A stretch of 64,000 nt of DNA from assembly GCA_002633005.1 (NCBI GenBank), contig NMRA01000220.1, forward strand, positions 511,337 through 575,336. The letters are read 5' to 3'. The notes under the pieces are model-generated. The model had not been told where the DNA came from and did not search any database. It saw only the letters and a list, made by a program, of their open reading frames with translations. Position numbers and translations under genes: made by a program. Below, in pieces: positions 12,101 to 24,200 of the stretch (position 1 is its first letter; each line of letters begins with the position of its first letter). The DNA is from Phoronis australis (lineage: Eukaryota > Animalia > Phoronida).

Positions 12101-15100
12101 TTGTAGTTTTGTCTCGTTTTAAACCAAACAATTTGAATACAAGTCTCTACAAAAACGCATCGTGTACTGTAGACTTGTCTGTGACTGATTTCGCCAATAC
12201 ATTAAATATTCCTAAGTGTTACTTGAAGGGGCATAGCCACTGCTTAGTTGTAAGTGTTGTATTATTCCTCGGGCGCTTTTAATTAGGGTTTTAAAAATAA
12301 CCACATTCACCTGATCTTGAATTGTAGCGAATGGGCCAGCATCTCAAGTCGCGAAGCAATGCGCACAGCTGCCATTTTTGATTTCCCAGTTTTAGGGTAC
12401 AGGCCAATCCCAATAAAATCTGAAGCGTTTTTTTTTGAATCACTGATGTACATTTATTCAGTGTCTTTGTTGGTAACGGAAATGAAATCACACCACGGAA
12501 TGGTGTTACCGAATGAGCGTAAAATGCATGATTCAAGTTTTGTTTTTAGTCTGCTAACCACGAAATGCAGCTTTAACACCACAACCATTTCTACTGTGCA
12601 CGTAGACTGAATTTTACAAATTTTCATTCGGCAGCGAGAAAAATGCATGTACTTACGTCGTCGAATCTTGGGAAAGTGTTCACAATGGTCTGCGTAGCAC
12701 GTGCACGAACGCGCGCGTTTTCGTTTCCTCGCTTTTCTTCATCTATGGCCTTCTGGATGTTACTAAATGACATGAGAACTTTAAATGAAGTGAGAAAATG
12801 ACAACGAACTAAAACATTAAAATTCTCAATCAGCATTGATAGAATGGGTAAGTAAACGTTTTAAGTAACATGTACTGAAGATACAAGTCCTTGGTTATTT
12901 CGTAGAGACATTTATTATCGACCTTAATTGAAGTTCTAGACGATGAGATAGATGTAGCTCACTGGTTCTAGAGGCCATTGGCAACAACAGAAATTTGATA
13001 TAGACGGCCCGGTAAAATGCGTGCACCGTGTTTCTACCTGCACTTACATGTACGTTGAGAAAGCACAATACCATGCTCGCTTACCAGTCTGTGCTTGCCA
13101 TAATGTTTGCTCATTGAAAGTGAAGGCAGAATCTTGAAGAGGACCTTTTGCTAGACTTACTATCCATTTTTCTATTCAACAAAAAATAGAAATTCAAGTT
13201 TTTATAATTAAGTTTTGTTTGTTGACATAATATAAGTCTAAAAATGTGGTCTTGTAGTTATGGCTTTAATATCAGCTTTACGTCTAGCACCTGTTTTTTA
13301 AAGTAACTGTCATTCCCAGTGCTTCAAGTTGTTTGCTGACTCTTTTGTAGAGAGGAGGGGAGAGCAGGATTGACGTGGCACTGTTTCTTCGAATTGCTCC
13401 CCACACGTCGACCTAGAATCAAAAACAGAAGGGTTCTTGTCCACGAGGACGATTGCTATAAGGATGACTAAAATTTGTAGTTAAGAAGTACTACAAACAT
13501 CCGTAGTCAAAAAGACATAGTGTATACGCTTTGAATTCCACCAATTAAAATGAAAACCGGAACAAAACCATGCATAATCTCGAAAGGAGCTTTCATATAA
13601 TTAAAGTTATACTCAAACTTTTCTAAATTTTGTAGATATTCATGTTTCTTCACAAAACCTGAAGCAGGTTTAAGCGTTCATTGTCTCACTCACTAATGAT
13701 ATTTCCACTTCTGGAGGTAACTATGGGACCAGCTGCTCGTGTCATTAGAAGTTAACGAATCGGATATAACGTAAAATTTGCAAAACAAATGTATGTGACG
13801 AACAAATGGTCTCATGAAACACCGTTTGCGTCACTTTTTAACGGCTCAGTTGGACGCATAAATATAATTGTATTAATTACCCATACATCATGGACAAAAT
13901 AGGATATTAAATTTTTTCATGATAACGAGCCCATGTTTTTATCCCTAAATTGTCAAAAAATGTTTCCAACCTTTCCAATGGAAGCAACATTTATTGAGAT
14001 TGGTTTTATTTTCTTGTATCTACGCTATGCAGTACATGAGGACGGAAGGCTTTTGGGACTCTCCGTTGTCCGTGCATTGCAGCTAACAACACCTCTTGGC
14101 AACACCGTTGGCGTGTAACTCCGATGAAAACATGTTAAAGAACATACAGTGTATTTATGTTGTAGTAGGGTTATGAGATACTCACTCCATCGAGATCCTG
14201 CAACTTGAGCAATTCCTTCACGTGTTTTTCGGTCGTGGGCGTGACATCTATAACCTTGTACCTAAACAGATGGCAGAGAATGATGACGCACGTTATCTAC
14301 ACCTCCAGTGGCACTGTTCAGTCACACCTCAGCCTCGGCCAATTTGCGTACAGTGAAAAATTAAATCCGAAGATACAGCATGTCGGGTTTGGAGGCAGTT
14401 TGGGTGTTTGTATTGGATCTAGGTTTGTTGAATATGGCATGTTCGTGTTTGTGAACGTGTTGTAAAATGGGACCCTCCGTGTAAGTGGCTATTGACTTTG
14501 CTTAAGTAACAACCTCCCATCTAGTCAGGTTCACTATGTCCAAATTTTGACATTCGTTGAAATTTTTTAGGGAAAGTGGAAACTATACATTTTTGGAAAC
14601 CTCATGGTATGAAGAATTAAAAAAATTGATTCCGTTTTTTTCGGTTTCCATCTTGGCGACCATCTTGGATTTTCAAAAATGGCGCCGGTAAAATGGATTT
14701 TGCCCAAGATATCCGCCCTTGGGTCACTGAGAATGTTATTTTTTATGGCTACACCTGCAGTTCTGAGGTCAATGAATTGGAAATTTTAATTTTATTAGCG
14801 GCCATCTTGGTGGCCATCTTGAAATTTCAAAAATGGCGCCCGTAAAATACATTTTGCTCAGTATTTCTGCTCTTGGGTCACTTAGATCGTTAGTTTCAAT
14901 GGCTGCAAACACTATTTCTAAAATGATACATATAATCTAACTAAATGATTTTCATTGCAGATACGAACCCCTAGAATATTTAAAGGGGTCACAGAAACGC
15001 AAATTAACATAATATGTTATATTTACTGAGTATATCTATTTCATTTTGAAAAGACATTTGAGACATATCTTTTGAAGATTTCGTTATTATTTTCACTGTT

Positions 15101-18100
15101 CACTTTTGAATCCAATTCTCCTACTCATTGGAAATGCATTTTTCCTTTGAGAGTCGGATGGCAGATAGGTTTGGCAGTAACCAGGCTGAGGATCAATGAC
15201 CAGAACAACAACAGTTGTAGCTTGCTGGGCAAATCGACCAGAAATATGCTATCGGCCACTATGAATTCACCCAAACACCAAAAGCAATCTTTGCTGCCAG
15301 TGTGGCAATGCTGTCATGACAAATGGAATCGAATCCACCTTCTATAGAAACTTTCGAAGCATACGTCTTAGAACAGGACAGTCCTCAAGCTGCAAGAGAT
15401 GTTTTAGACCCAGAAAACATGTAAACAACATCCAATAAGTGTGTTCACCCAAGCCACAAAACTGCATGTGTGGATGGTATGGAAGTAATTTTCTTAATTA
15501 GAGGTTATGACATCATTCTGGTTTTTGACACCCACAAAGACAACTCTTTGAAACAAGCTACAAGAGAAAAAGGAGGCAGAGGGTCAAGTACAGTACCAGA
15601 TAAGAGATGAGACTTACATGTACATAAAGAACACCACACTGAGCCGTTTCCTCTCCAATTACCAAAAGGGCTCAACTTACTGAATATCTGTCTGCAAAGA
15701 CACTTGAATATAATAAAGACTCTGCCAAGATGGCTTCAGGATGCACAAAGAGCAAGCGACGTAATCCACGCTTAGAAGAACACGATCACGAAAAAGCAGA
15801 TGCATTGCTAATACACTGTACATGTACATCATGCAGTTCAATCACATCAAAAGGAACCTGATTCTCAGCTGATGTTTTTTTCACCTGACATAGATTTACT
15901 GGTAATCATCATTGCCTATTATGACAGGCTTCTCAGAAATACTTCAGTACCCATGGCATCTGGGATTGTGGACGTGAATCCAACATGGACAATATTAGGT
16001 GTTATCCGGGCAAAGGCTCTTCCTCCTTTCCTTGCTTTTACATGGACAGACAACAGTAGTCCATTCTGTAGGTTGAATATATATTTGAAGGCAAACACCG
16101 ACGATGTCAATGCACAGTGGACTTTTTGAACTACTTATGAAGTAACAGGTGAACCTCTTTTCACATTAGCCCCTTTTACATGTGCATACTCACCACAGGG
16201 TATAGACACAAATAGCATCCTAGAGCTGAGATGGTACCTCTTCTGTAAACATATGGCTGACAGCGACAAACGTCCACCAACCATTGGTACTTTGAAACAG
16301 CATGTTCTGATGGTGTTTATTCAAGCCAGAGTGTGGGGCCAGGCAGGCAGTCATTGCTCGACAGGAGTTCCTTGACCCATTGCAGAATGAATTTACAAGG
16401 ACAAAGATGACCAGCTGAAACCCTCACAACTGAGGAGCTTCCGGCGCCAGAGACTATCATTGAGATGGTTAGATGCCAGTGCAGAAACAATTCCTCTTCC
16501 CAAAGATGCTCTTGCCGATCAAATGATCTATCTTACGCAGATCTATATCAGTACAATGCAGAATGTCAGAATGGCGATGATTCCTGGTGACAGTAATAGG
16601 TATAGTAATAATCTATAGACTGACTTCAAAGTTTTGAAAGACTATTGACACTACAAAAAACATACTTTCGTGTTCTTCAAACGTAAATAATTTGTTTAGG
16701 TAGGCCTTCTGGTTCAGTTTTAAGTGTCTTGAAGGAAACAAGCTCCGAACAAAATATACAAGAAAGTGAGATAGTGATCATGTGTCGGATTACATGAAGA
16801 ATGCATTTAGAAAATGTGACTGCTAATAAATGGGTGTTGATTATGTTTCTCATTTAATGAGTTGCATTTTCAGATTTCTTGACGACAAAAATGTGGGTGC
16901 AGCCATTAAAACTAACATTCTAAATGACCCAAGAGCAAAGATACTGAGCAAAATGTATTTTTTCGGGCGCCATTTTTAAAAGTCCAAGATGACCGCCAAG
17001 ATGGCGCCCAAAAATTAAAATTTCCAATTCCTTGACCTGAGAAATGCAGGTGTAGCCATAAAAACCAACATTTTAAGTGACTCAAAAGCGGAGATATTGG
17101 GCAAAATCCATTTTACCGGCTACATGTTTGAAAATCCAAGATGGCCGCCAAGATGGCCGCCAAAAATGGAATCAATTATGTTCTGATTTGTTATTCCATG
17201 AGGTTTCCAAAAATGTATAGTTTCCACTTTACCTAAAAATGCCAGCAAAATTACACAACAAACCTGACTAATAGCATTTTCCATTGTTCTGTAACGAATT
17301 AGGAAACTATTGTGGTTTCAGGTAGCCATCAAACAGTTCAAGATTCAAAAACTTTAGTTGTTGGGCGCCTTCTTGGCGAAATTTTTGCCGCTCGAAGGGT
17401 ATTTTACTTCACAATCTATTGCCTGATGCTGATCATTGGCAGGGAAGTGATGTTTTATTGACTGAAAAACTACCGATCTTGCTATTTGGACTCACTTTTG
17501 GGAGCCATGCTGTCTTTTCATAGAGGGTACAAGGATTAAAATACGCGACAGAATAATATTTTTGTGGTCACAAGTCATGTTTTGATGTGAAATGTTGCAC
17601 GTATGTTAATTCTATTCATGCAGGTTTGACAGAGTGAAGGAATTCAGATTCCCAACAGCCTTTGAAAAGTAAGCTAAAAATGTAGTTCCTAAACGACTGG
17701 CCTGGATTATTCGGAACACCTCGGGTATTTTCGTAACATCGAATTTTTGCAGTACCACGACAGCGCCAAGTCTAGGCTTAAAACAATACATGTATAGAGT
17801 CTACAGCAGCTAAAGTGGGGCGCAAATTCGTAGCATGCAAAACCAATTTGCACTGGGTTTGCTAATAATGTAAACCCACGTAAATGATCATTTAGGACTC
17901 CAGTTTTGGACACAAGTTTGACAGAAAGGGAATGAGGTTCAGTGAGTATTGATGGTATACATGTACATGTACCGTCTTGGCGTTGACTTGCCAACTAGAC
18001 TCCCACGTGTAAGGAATGGAACTGTGTCGAATAAGATTTGTAAAACCTGTCTGACTATAACTTCCTTTTACCCACGGTTACTTTTTGGTTGATTTTAGAA

Positions 18101-18989
18101 TGATTTTATCACATGCTACAAAGCTTAATTAAAGCGTTCTTCCTTGTTTCCAGTTCCGGTTCTTACGACTTTCATTTCTTCGTTATATAATAAACTAGCT
18201 ACGGCCAAGATTGGACCTATCACGCGCGTAGTGAATATTTGCAATATAATGTGTGAGTGAAAATCTCGTTTAATATTTATCGGTGTTGCCTTGAGCTTAT
18301 CAGGGACCCTTTCTGTGACGCAAGACATTCATGAGACTATTGCATAGAGAAATCGTGATCGAATGTTCATGTAACGTATCAGGGCCCGGTCTCCAATCTT
18401 TTTACTCCAAATGGAACTCGAAATTAGGTTTCGCATTTTCTACTCTACTTTTGGGCGAACTCAAGATAAGTGTCTATTATTCTATGCTCGAGTACACGAT
18501 AACTTACGTAGATAATTTATTGCCCTTAGTTCACAGTTTGTGAACCCAATATTAAAGCAATAAGTTCGAATTTGAACTCGAAATTTCGAGTTTTTACTCG
18601 AGTTTGTAGCACGAATATAACGGTCTTCAAGGGCAAACTTGAACTAGAAACTCCTATGCATAAACTATAATGTACTCGAGCACAGTCTGATAACCAATTA
18701 TCTTAAGTTCGCACAAAAGGAGAAATTGCCAAAAATAGTTTCGAGTTCGTTTCCAGTACAAAGATTAGAGACCTGGCCCAGGCTAACCAATCGGACAATT
18801 TCGTTCAGGTTTTTGCTCTACGACAACGGTCGCAAGAAATAATAGTCTCAGCATAGGTCAGTGATTTTGCGCGTACTCTCGAAATTTTTAAATAAAACTC
18901 GGTATGTTCAACAACACTCACCCGGTAAAATCCTTCGGCTTCTCAGCACTCACTAATACCAGCACTGCGCACCATACAATTACCTTCAT
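6138..18989 (-). CDS. M14A zinc metallocarboxypeptidase preproenzyme (CPA/CPB-like), copy A, 10 exons, 421 aa
   Basis: Exons in transcript order: 18922-18989, 14186-14261, 13291-13412, 12657-12762, 11039-11140, 10386-10607, 9978-10071, 8577-8779, 6939-7023, 6138-6325 (1266 nt, open frame). Features: signal peptide [15 protein letters not shown], activation peptide, GIHAREW (Zn ligands His69/Glu72), [15 protein letters not shown] (Arg127), DPNRNF (Asn144/Arg145), TIHA (His196), [12 protein letters not shown] (Tyr248) and FELYP (Glu270). Intron 7 has a GC donor. Confidence 0.93.
14522..17270 (+). mobile_element. AcademX-type DNA transposon deletion derivative in intron 1 of copy A, with XPG-like nuclease and Cys-rich C-terminal remnants
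   Basis: Termini TAGTCAGGTT (14522) and AACCTGACTA (17270), with about 380-bp imperfect TIRs. Flanks ATC / ATA may be a decayed 3-bp TSD. The broken plus-strand reading ~15450-16590 contains [51 protein letters not shown] and [25 protein letters not shown]. The element is absent from the paralogous site in copy B (~31200-31280). Confidence 0.75.
18383..18778. mobile_element. PIF/Harbinger-type MITE
   Basis: Termini GGCCCGGTCTCCAATCTTT and AAAGATTAGAGACCTGGCC. The inverted similarity extends well into the interior. A 3-bp direct repeat CAG flanks both ends (18380-18382, 18779-18781). Confidence 0.7.
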
Positions 18990-19032
18990 TTTGGCAGGTT
19001 ATGGTCGCTGAGGAAGGTTGTTCCCGCGATTG

Positions 19033-19110
19033 TTCTTATAAGCCGCTCTTATCCTTATCTGCGGCGAGAACAGCCAGCCTTCGAGTGGGTGAAATTGTGG
19101 CTAAAGATAA
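19033..19110 (-). promoter_or_regulatory. Core promoter of carboxypeptidase A copy: TATA box plus clustered GATA sites
   Basis: TATAAGAA on the minus strand at 19033-19040, about 45 nt upstream of the ATG. GATAAG/AGATAAG at 19048-19060 and AGATAA at 19105-19110. The TATA box and the adjacent TTATCT are conserved in copy B. Confidence 0.6.
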
Positions 19111-19324
19111 CTTGTTTTTTGTGTGAGGGACGTTCTACAGACTATCTATGAGCTTGAAGAATGGGTACTTGTAATTGAATAATTGTAGCAACATTATCAT
19201 GTTGTTGCTTTCGGCACTACCTTGTATACAAAGTTTGCCGGTAATTATGAAAGAACTGTGACCATTAGAAGTACTGGTGACTTATTTGTTATTGTAAGAA
19301 GCTGTAATGCATACTACTACTCAA

Positions 19325-19570
19325 GACTTGCCAGTCCCATTGACATCGTTCCAACTTCCTCGCAACCACGAAATAATCCTATACAGATCAAGATGCGGAC
19401 TATTCCTAAACAACAAGAAATTTAGACATAATTTTAATAATATTTCGCCTCTGTGTTGCTGTGGAGACGCACTGTCAAATGCTTGTGTTTTCCTTGCTTG
19501 AGAGGTATACAAGGAGCAGAGGGTACAGCTTTTCCAGACACTCGAACAATAACCCAATATTTATGAAAAA
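19325..19570 (-). mobile_element. Possible CR1/L2 non-LTR retrotransposon fragment (region C-terminal to the RT)
   Basis: The translation GYCSSVWKSC...LLFRN...DLYRII resembles the YCSxVW segment that follows the RT domain in CR1/L2 ORF2. The match is weak and short. Confidence 0.35.
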
Positions 19571-21244
19571 TATTCTGAAAATTCCGCAAGTGTACAACAA
19601 AATTATTTTTTTTCTATAGGGAAGTCAAGAACTCAACCCAATTGAAAATAAAGTTTTATTCGAAATAGTATCAAAATTTCTTTATAATATTAAATCTTTT
19701 TGTGCGAGTGGATAGAATTGTATAAATGTGTATGAAAATGATTTATTTACTTTCGTAATCATATGTCATTGTAATCTTCACAACACTTTTTTAATTTATG
19801 TATTTGTGTAAAATAATTGCATATAGATTTCTTTTTTTAATTTATGTATTTGTGTAAAATAATTGTATACAGATTTCTTTGTATTTTTAACCCAGATATA
19901 ATGCCTCTTGGCGCTTTGTGCGTTATGTATATTCATTGTATCGAAGATTTCGTAATAATTATTATACCTTAGAGAAACGTGTTTACTAAGGAACACGAAT
20001 TCTGAGGATGTTCAGTCAAATTTTCCCATCCTTAGCTCATGTGACGTCACCTGAGCTTATCAGTGCTTATTGTGTTCAGTAAAAAAGTTGCACGGAGGTC
20101 AAAAACTGTAGTTGCAATCAGCCGTACATAGTCTGAATGGAAGTACCATAGCCCCAATGCCAAACTAGGGTGCCGTACTTGAAGCTATCGTAACACCTAT
20201 CTACATGTACGTATCGCGCTCCCGACACACGCAAAGATAACGCAAGTAAAACACAAAAAAACTAGATTTTTTCGTTTTTTCGTGGGAAAACAAAGAAAAA
20301 CCTCTTTCCATTAAAATACTGGAGTTACCGCTTCATTTCCTTAAGATAACAACTCTGATAAAGGAATGTCTGACAGAACTCACGAGAAACCGAAAAACAA
20401 TGCCAAAATACGGAAGGCGACATATTTCCTTTGGTTACTGCAATGCGACATCTTTTAGGAAAATACTTTTATAGAAAATGTACAAAAGTAAATTAATTTT
20501 TCGTATTGGTAAACTGTTAATTGTGCTTCCAAACATTAACAGATATTCCATAAAAGGCTTCACTTTTGTTGTTTCTCATGTCAAAATAATATGAAATGAA
20601 AGTGCAATTTTCATTTCACATTAGTATAGAAATGACGTCACGACGGAATTACATTGGTGATTTCCCGCCCTCACTGTTTTTTCCAGTGATTGCTAAACAA
20701 CAAACTCAATTTTCGTGATTCTGTTTTACTTGGTATTGATATCTGTTCCTTTGATACACATGTACGTACAATAAGTGAAGTGATTACTGAATCACTAAGC
20801 CGTACCTTGGAGGTACAGTTGACGGTGGATCCGCTCAAGTTGAGCGTTGTCACTAGGTTATTTTCAGGCAGGTTACCAGAAAACGTTTTATCTGTATTGA
20901 ACGTTGCACAGTCTTCGTCATCGCAGAAATTTCTTATCTCTGAAATGAACAGCAAGTTGAAAGTGTCCAGACTGGCGAGGATTTTAATTCATAATCATTA
21001 TCCTCGGAAGCCGTATATTGCTTCCACATCTGTAGATATAAATGTGTATTCCGTTTGTTCAAGTGTTAAACTGAAAAGCACTGAAGCCAGATTGGTGTTT
21101 ATGGTGTGTAATTTTAAATTTCATTACCATGGTCTGGAGTATCATTATTTATACATTAATCACTATACCGTGTCAATAAAATTACTATATTGCCGATTAT
21201 GTCATCATGCAAACCAGTTAGCTTGCTCAATCAATTTTTGGTAT

Positions 21245-24200
21245 TTATTGCATTGCATTAACAGCAGCTTTGACCGCCCGCCATATCTCGCGTCCGCTCC
21301 TGGGAATCTCGGACTGCGATACGATAAATCCGTTGGAGGTCTCGCCCTGCCTTGGGTAGAGCTCGAATGCGTACGCATACTTTATTCCAAGCACACCTTT
21401 GGCCCAGTCATATGACCCTCCAGCGGCTGCATCTGCAACAATAGAGCCATTTGAATCGCACACCATAAGTCGATTATAAATGTATGTATGTTTTTCAAAG
21501 TAACTGACAAATATCTAGAGCGAATGGCATAGTTCAATTATTTTGTTTGTTATCTTGCCACCCTGCTCGGGTCGTGGTCTAGGTGCACTCGAAAAAGTTT
21601 GTGTCATTTTCTTTACTTTTGTGCGACCTCAAGGTAAATGGCTATTATTTTGTGCTCGTGCTCATTATAGTTTATACATTCGAGTTTTCAGTTCAAGTGC
21701 GCACGCGATGACCCCAGAATTTGTGCTGCAAGTGAACACTCGAGATAGTCCAATAAATTTCAGACTCGAACTATTAACCTTAGTGCTGGAGTCACCAAGT
21801 GCCACATACATGTAGGATTAGGTAGTTATTCACGTAAGACTTGATGTACTTTGGCACAGAATAGTAGACACTTATGTAGTGCAAGATACTTAATTGTAGA
21901 ATTAGATAGTTATTCACATAAGACTTGATGTACTTGGGCACAGAATAGTAGACACTTATGTAGTGCAAGATACTTAATTGTAGAATTAGATAGTTATTCA
22001 CGTAAGACTTGGTGTACTTAAGCAGAGAATAGTAGAAACTTATCTGGTGCAAGAAACATGTAGGATTAGATAGTTATTCACGTAAGACTTGATGTACTTA
22101 AGCATAGAGTAGTAGACATTCATCTGGTGCAAGATACATGTAGGATTAAATAATTATTCATGAAAGACTTGAGGAACTTAAGCAGCGAATAGTAGACACT
22201 TATCTGGTGCAAGATACATGTAGGATTAGATAGTTATTCACGTAAGACTTGATGTACTTGAACATAGAACAGTAGACACTTATCTGGTGCAAGATACATG
22301 TAGGATTAGATAGTTATTCACGTAAGACTTGATGTACTTGAACACAGAATAGTAGACACTTATCTGGTGCAAGATACATGTAGGATTAGATAGTTATTCA
22401 CGTAAGACTTGATGTACTTGAACACAGAATAGTAGACACTTATCTGGTGCAAGATACATGTAGGATTAGATAGTTATTCACGTAAAACTTGATGTACTTA
22501 AGCAGAGAATGGTAGACACTTATCTGGTGCAAGATACATGTAGGATTAGATAGTTATTCACGTGAGACTTGATGTACTTGAACATAGAACAGTAGACACT
22601 TATCTGGTGCAAAATACATGTACATGTAGGATTAGATAGTTATTCACGTAAGACTTGATGTACTTGAGTATAGAACAGTAGACACTTATCTGGAGGTTTG
22701 CACAAAAGTAGAATAAACATGACACAAACAATTTGGATTTCGAAAACGAAAATACGATTCCGTTGTTGACAATGTGGTGGCTGTCAAAAATACTTATGTG
22801 GGAATTAATACGGCGAGGAGCTCCAATTTTGCTGCAACTACTCTATACATTTAGTAGACCAATTAGTCGATTGATAATCTAATAAAAAGGAAGTAATAAG
22901 CTATGAAAATGGTCGATATTTATTAATACTTACATAGAATTTCAGGTGGTGTTCCTATCTGGAAAGATCGCCCATTCTCAGATTTAAGAGCGTTGGCACC
23001 TACTTGAGCGACACGTTTCTAGAAAAGTTAAAAACAACACTGTTTAGAAATCTCTTCTTGCTGGTACGAATTGTACAATGCGCCTGTGAACGGATAGTTG
23101 TTTCGTTAAACATTTTTCTTGTACAATACGTCCATTAACAAATGTCTGCTTCGTCAATCATTTTTTGCTTGAAATACTACGCGCACTTCCTCGTTGTTGG
23201 TCAACAAAAACTGATATTCATTCGTTGAGGCTGATCATGTAGCAATAGATGTTTTTTACTTTCATTAATACAGCAGTGAAGATTTTAAAGAGCAAATTCT
23301 CGTTTAAAAAGTTTCTCGAGTGACTCACACCAATGCGCGTGATGGAAGTGTTTCCGAAAAATAAAGTTGCATTTTCGTCGTCCACACCTAATTAAAAGAA
23401 ATTTTGAATAAGATGCATTTTAGCACGTCCTCACGGGCAGGCTCGTAGTCAACGTTATATAAAGTAGTGGCATTTTTATTAACTATTTTTAATATGATAC
23501 GTGTACGCGTAGGCAGAAGGGTTATCCGTACAAAAGTTTAGTTATGAAATGAAAACCCAGTGGTATGGGCACGGCTAGAATTTAGACTTAGGTACTTATT
23601 TACGTCTTCAGGGCCTTGTTGCACCAAATGCGTTCTAAGAACTACTGTATCCGTCTTAACATCTTCCTGACTGCTTGAAACGGTCAATTTCCGTCCAAAA
23701 ACATGCGTCGAGTGCGACACCGTTCTCCAGGTTCTTAACCATATCCCACAACTAACCAGTTCTCACTCATTACTATTACATTTCAAAGACGTCTTTATAA
23801 GTAACTTTGTGTGACAGGGCACTGATTGGTATTTTTGCCTGCCTTGTTGTCAGCTTATATTAATCAGTGCTGCTTACATCCCAATTCACACAAGCTGTAT
23901 ACCAGTCGGGTTATAACTTATAGCCTGGGTGTTAACCCTAAGCGGCGAAGTACGTGTAAATGTACATGTACATGTAGATGTAGGCGTTGTGGCACTACCA
24001 TGCAATTTTGCTTACTTTATTTGTACAGACACTGCTTACAGAACGGTACAGTTTCTCATGGTAATATCACGATGTATCTGCAAAATTAGCTGAACATGAT
24101 CTTTTGAAAAACTTAACAACGGGATATTTAATTCTAATTAGTATCTTGTAACATATGTAATATATTGTTCAAACCAAAGAAGGGAGATTTGGAATCAATG

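Noticed and set aside
20690-21415. Longest ORF in the track (241 aa, + strand)
   Set aside because: It is the antisense shadow of copy B's last exon plus 3' flank. The paralogous region in A gives only an 81-aa ORF, and it has no recognisable domain.
21803-22692. Regular repeat array resembling a CRISPR
   Set aside because: The units are contiguous with no unique spacers, there are no cas genes, and it lies in a eukaryotic intron.
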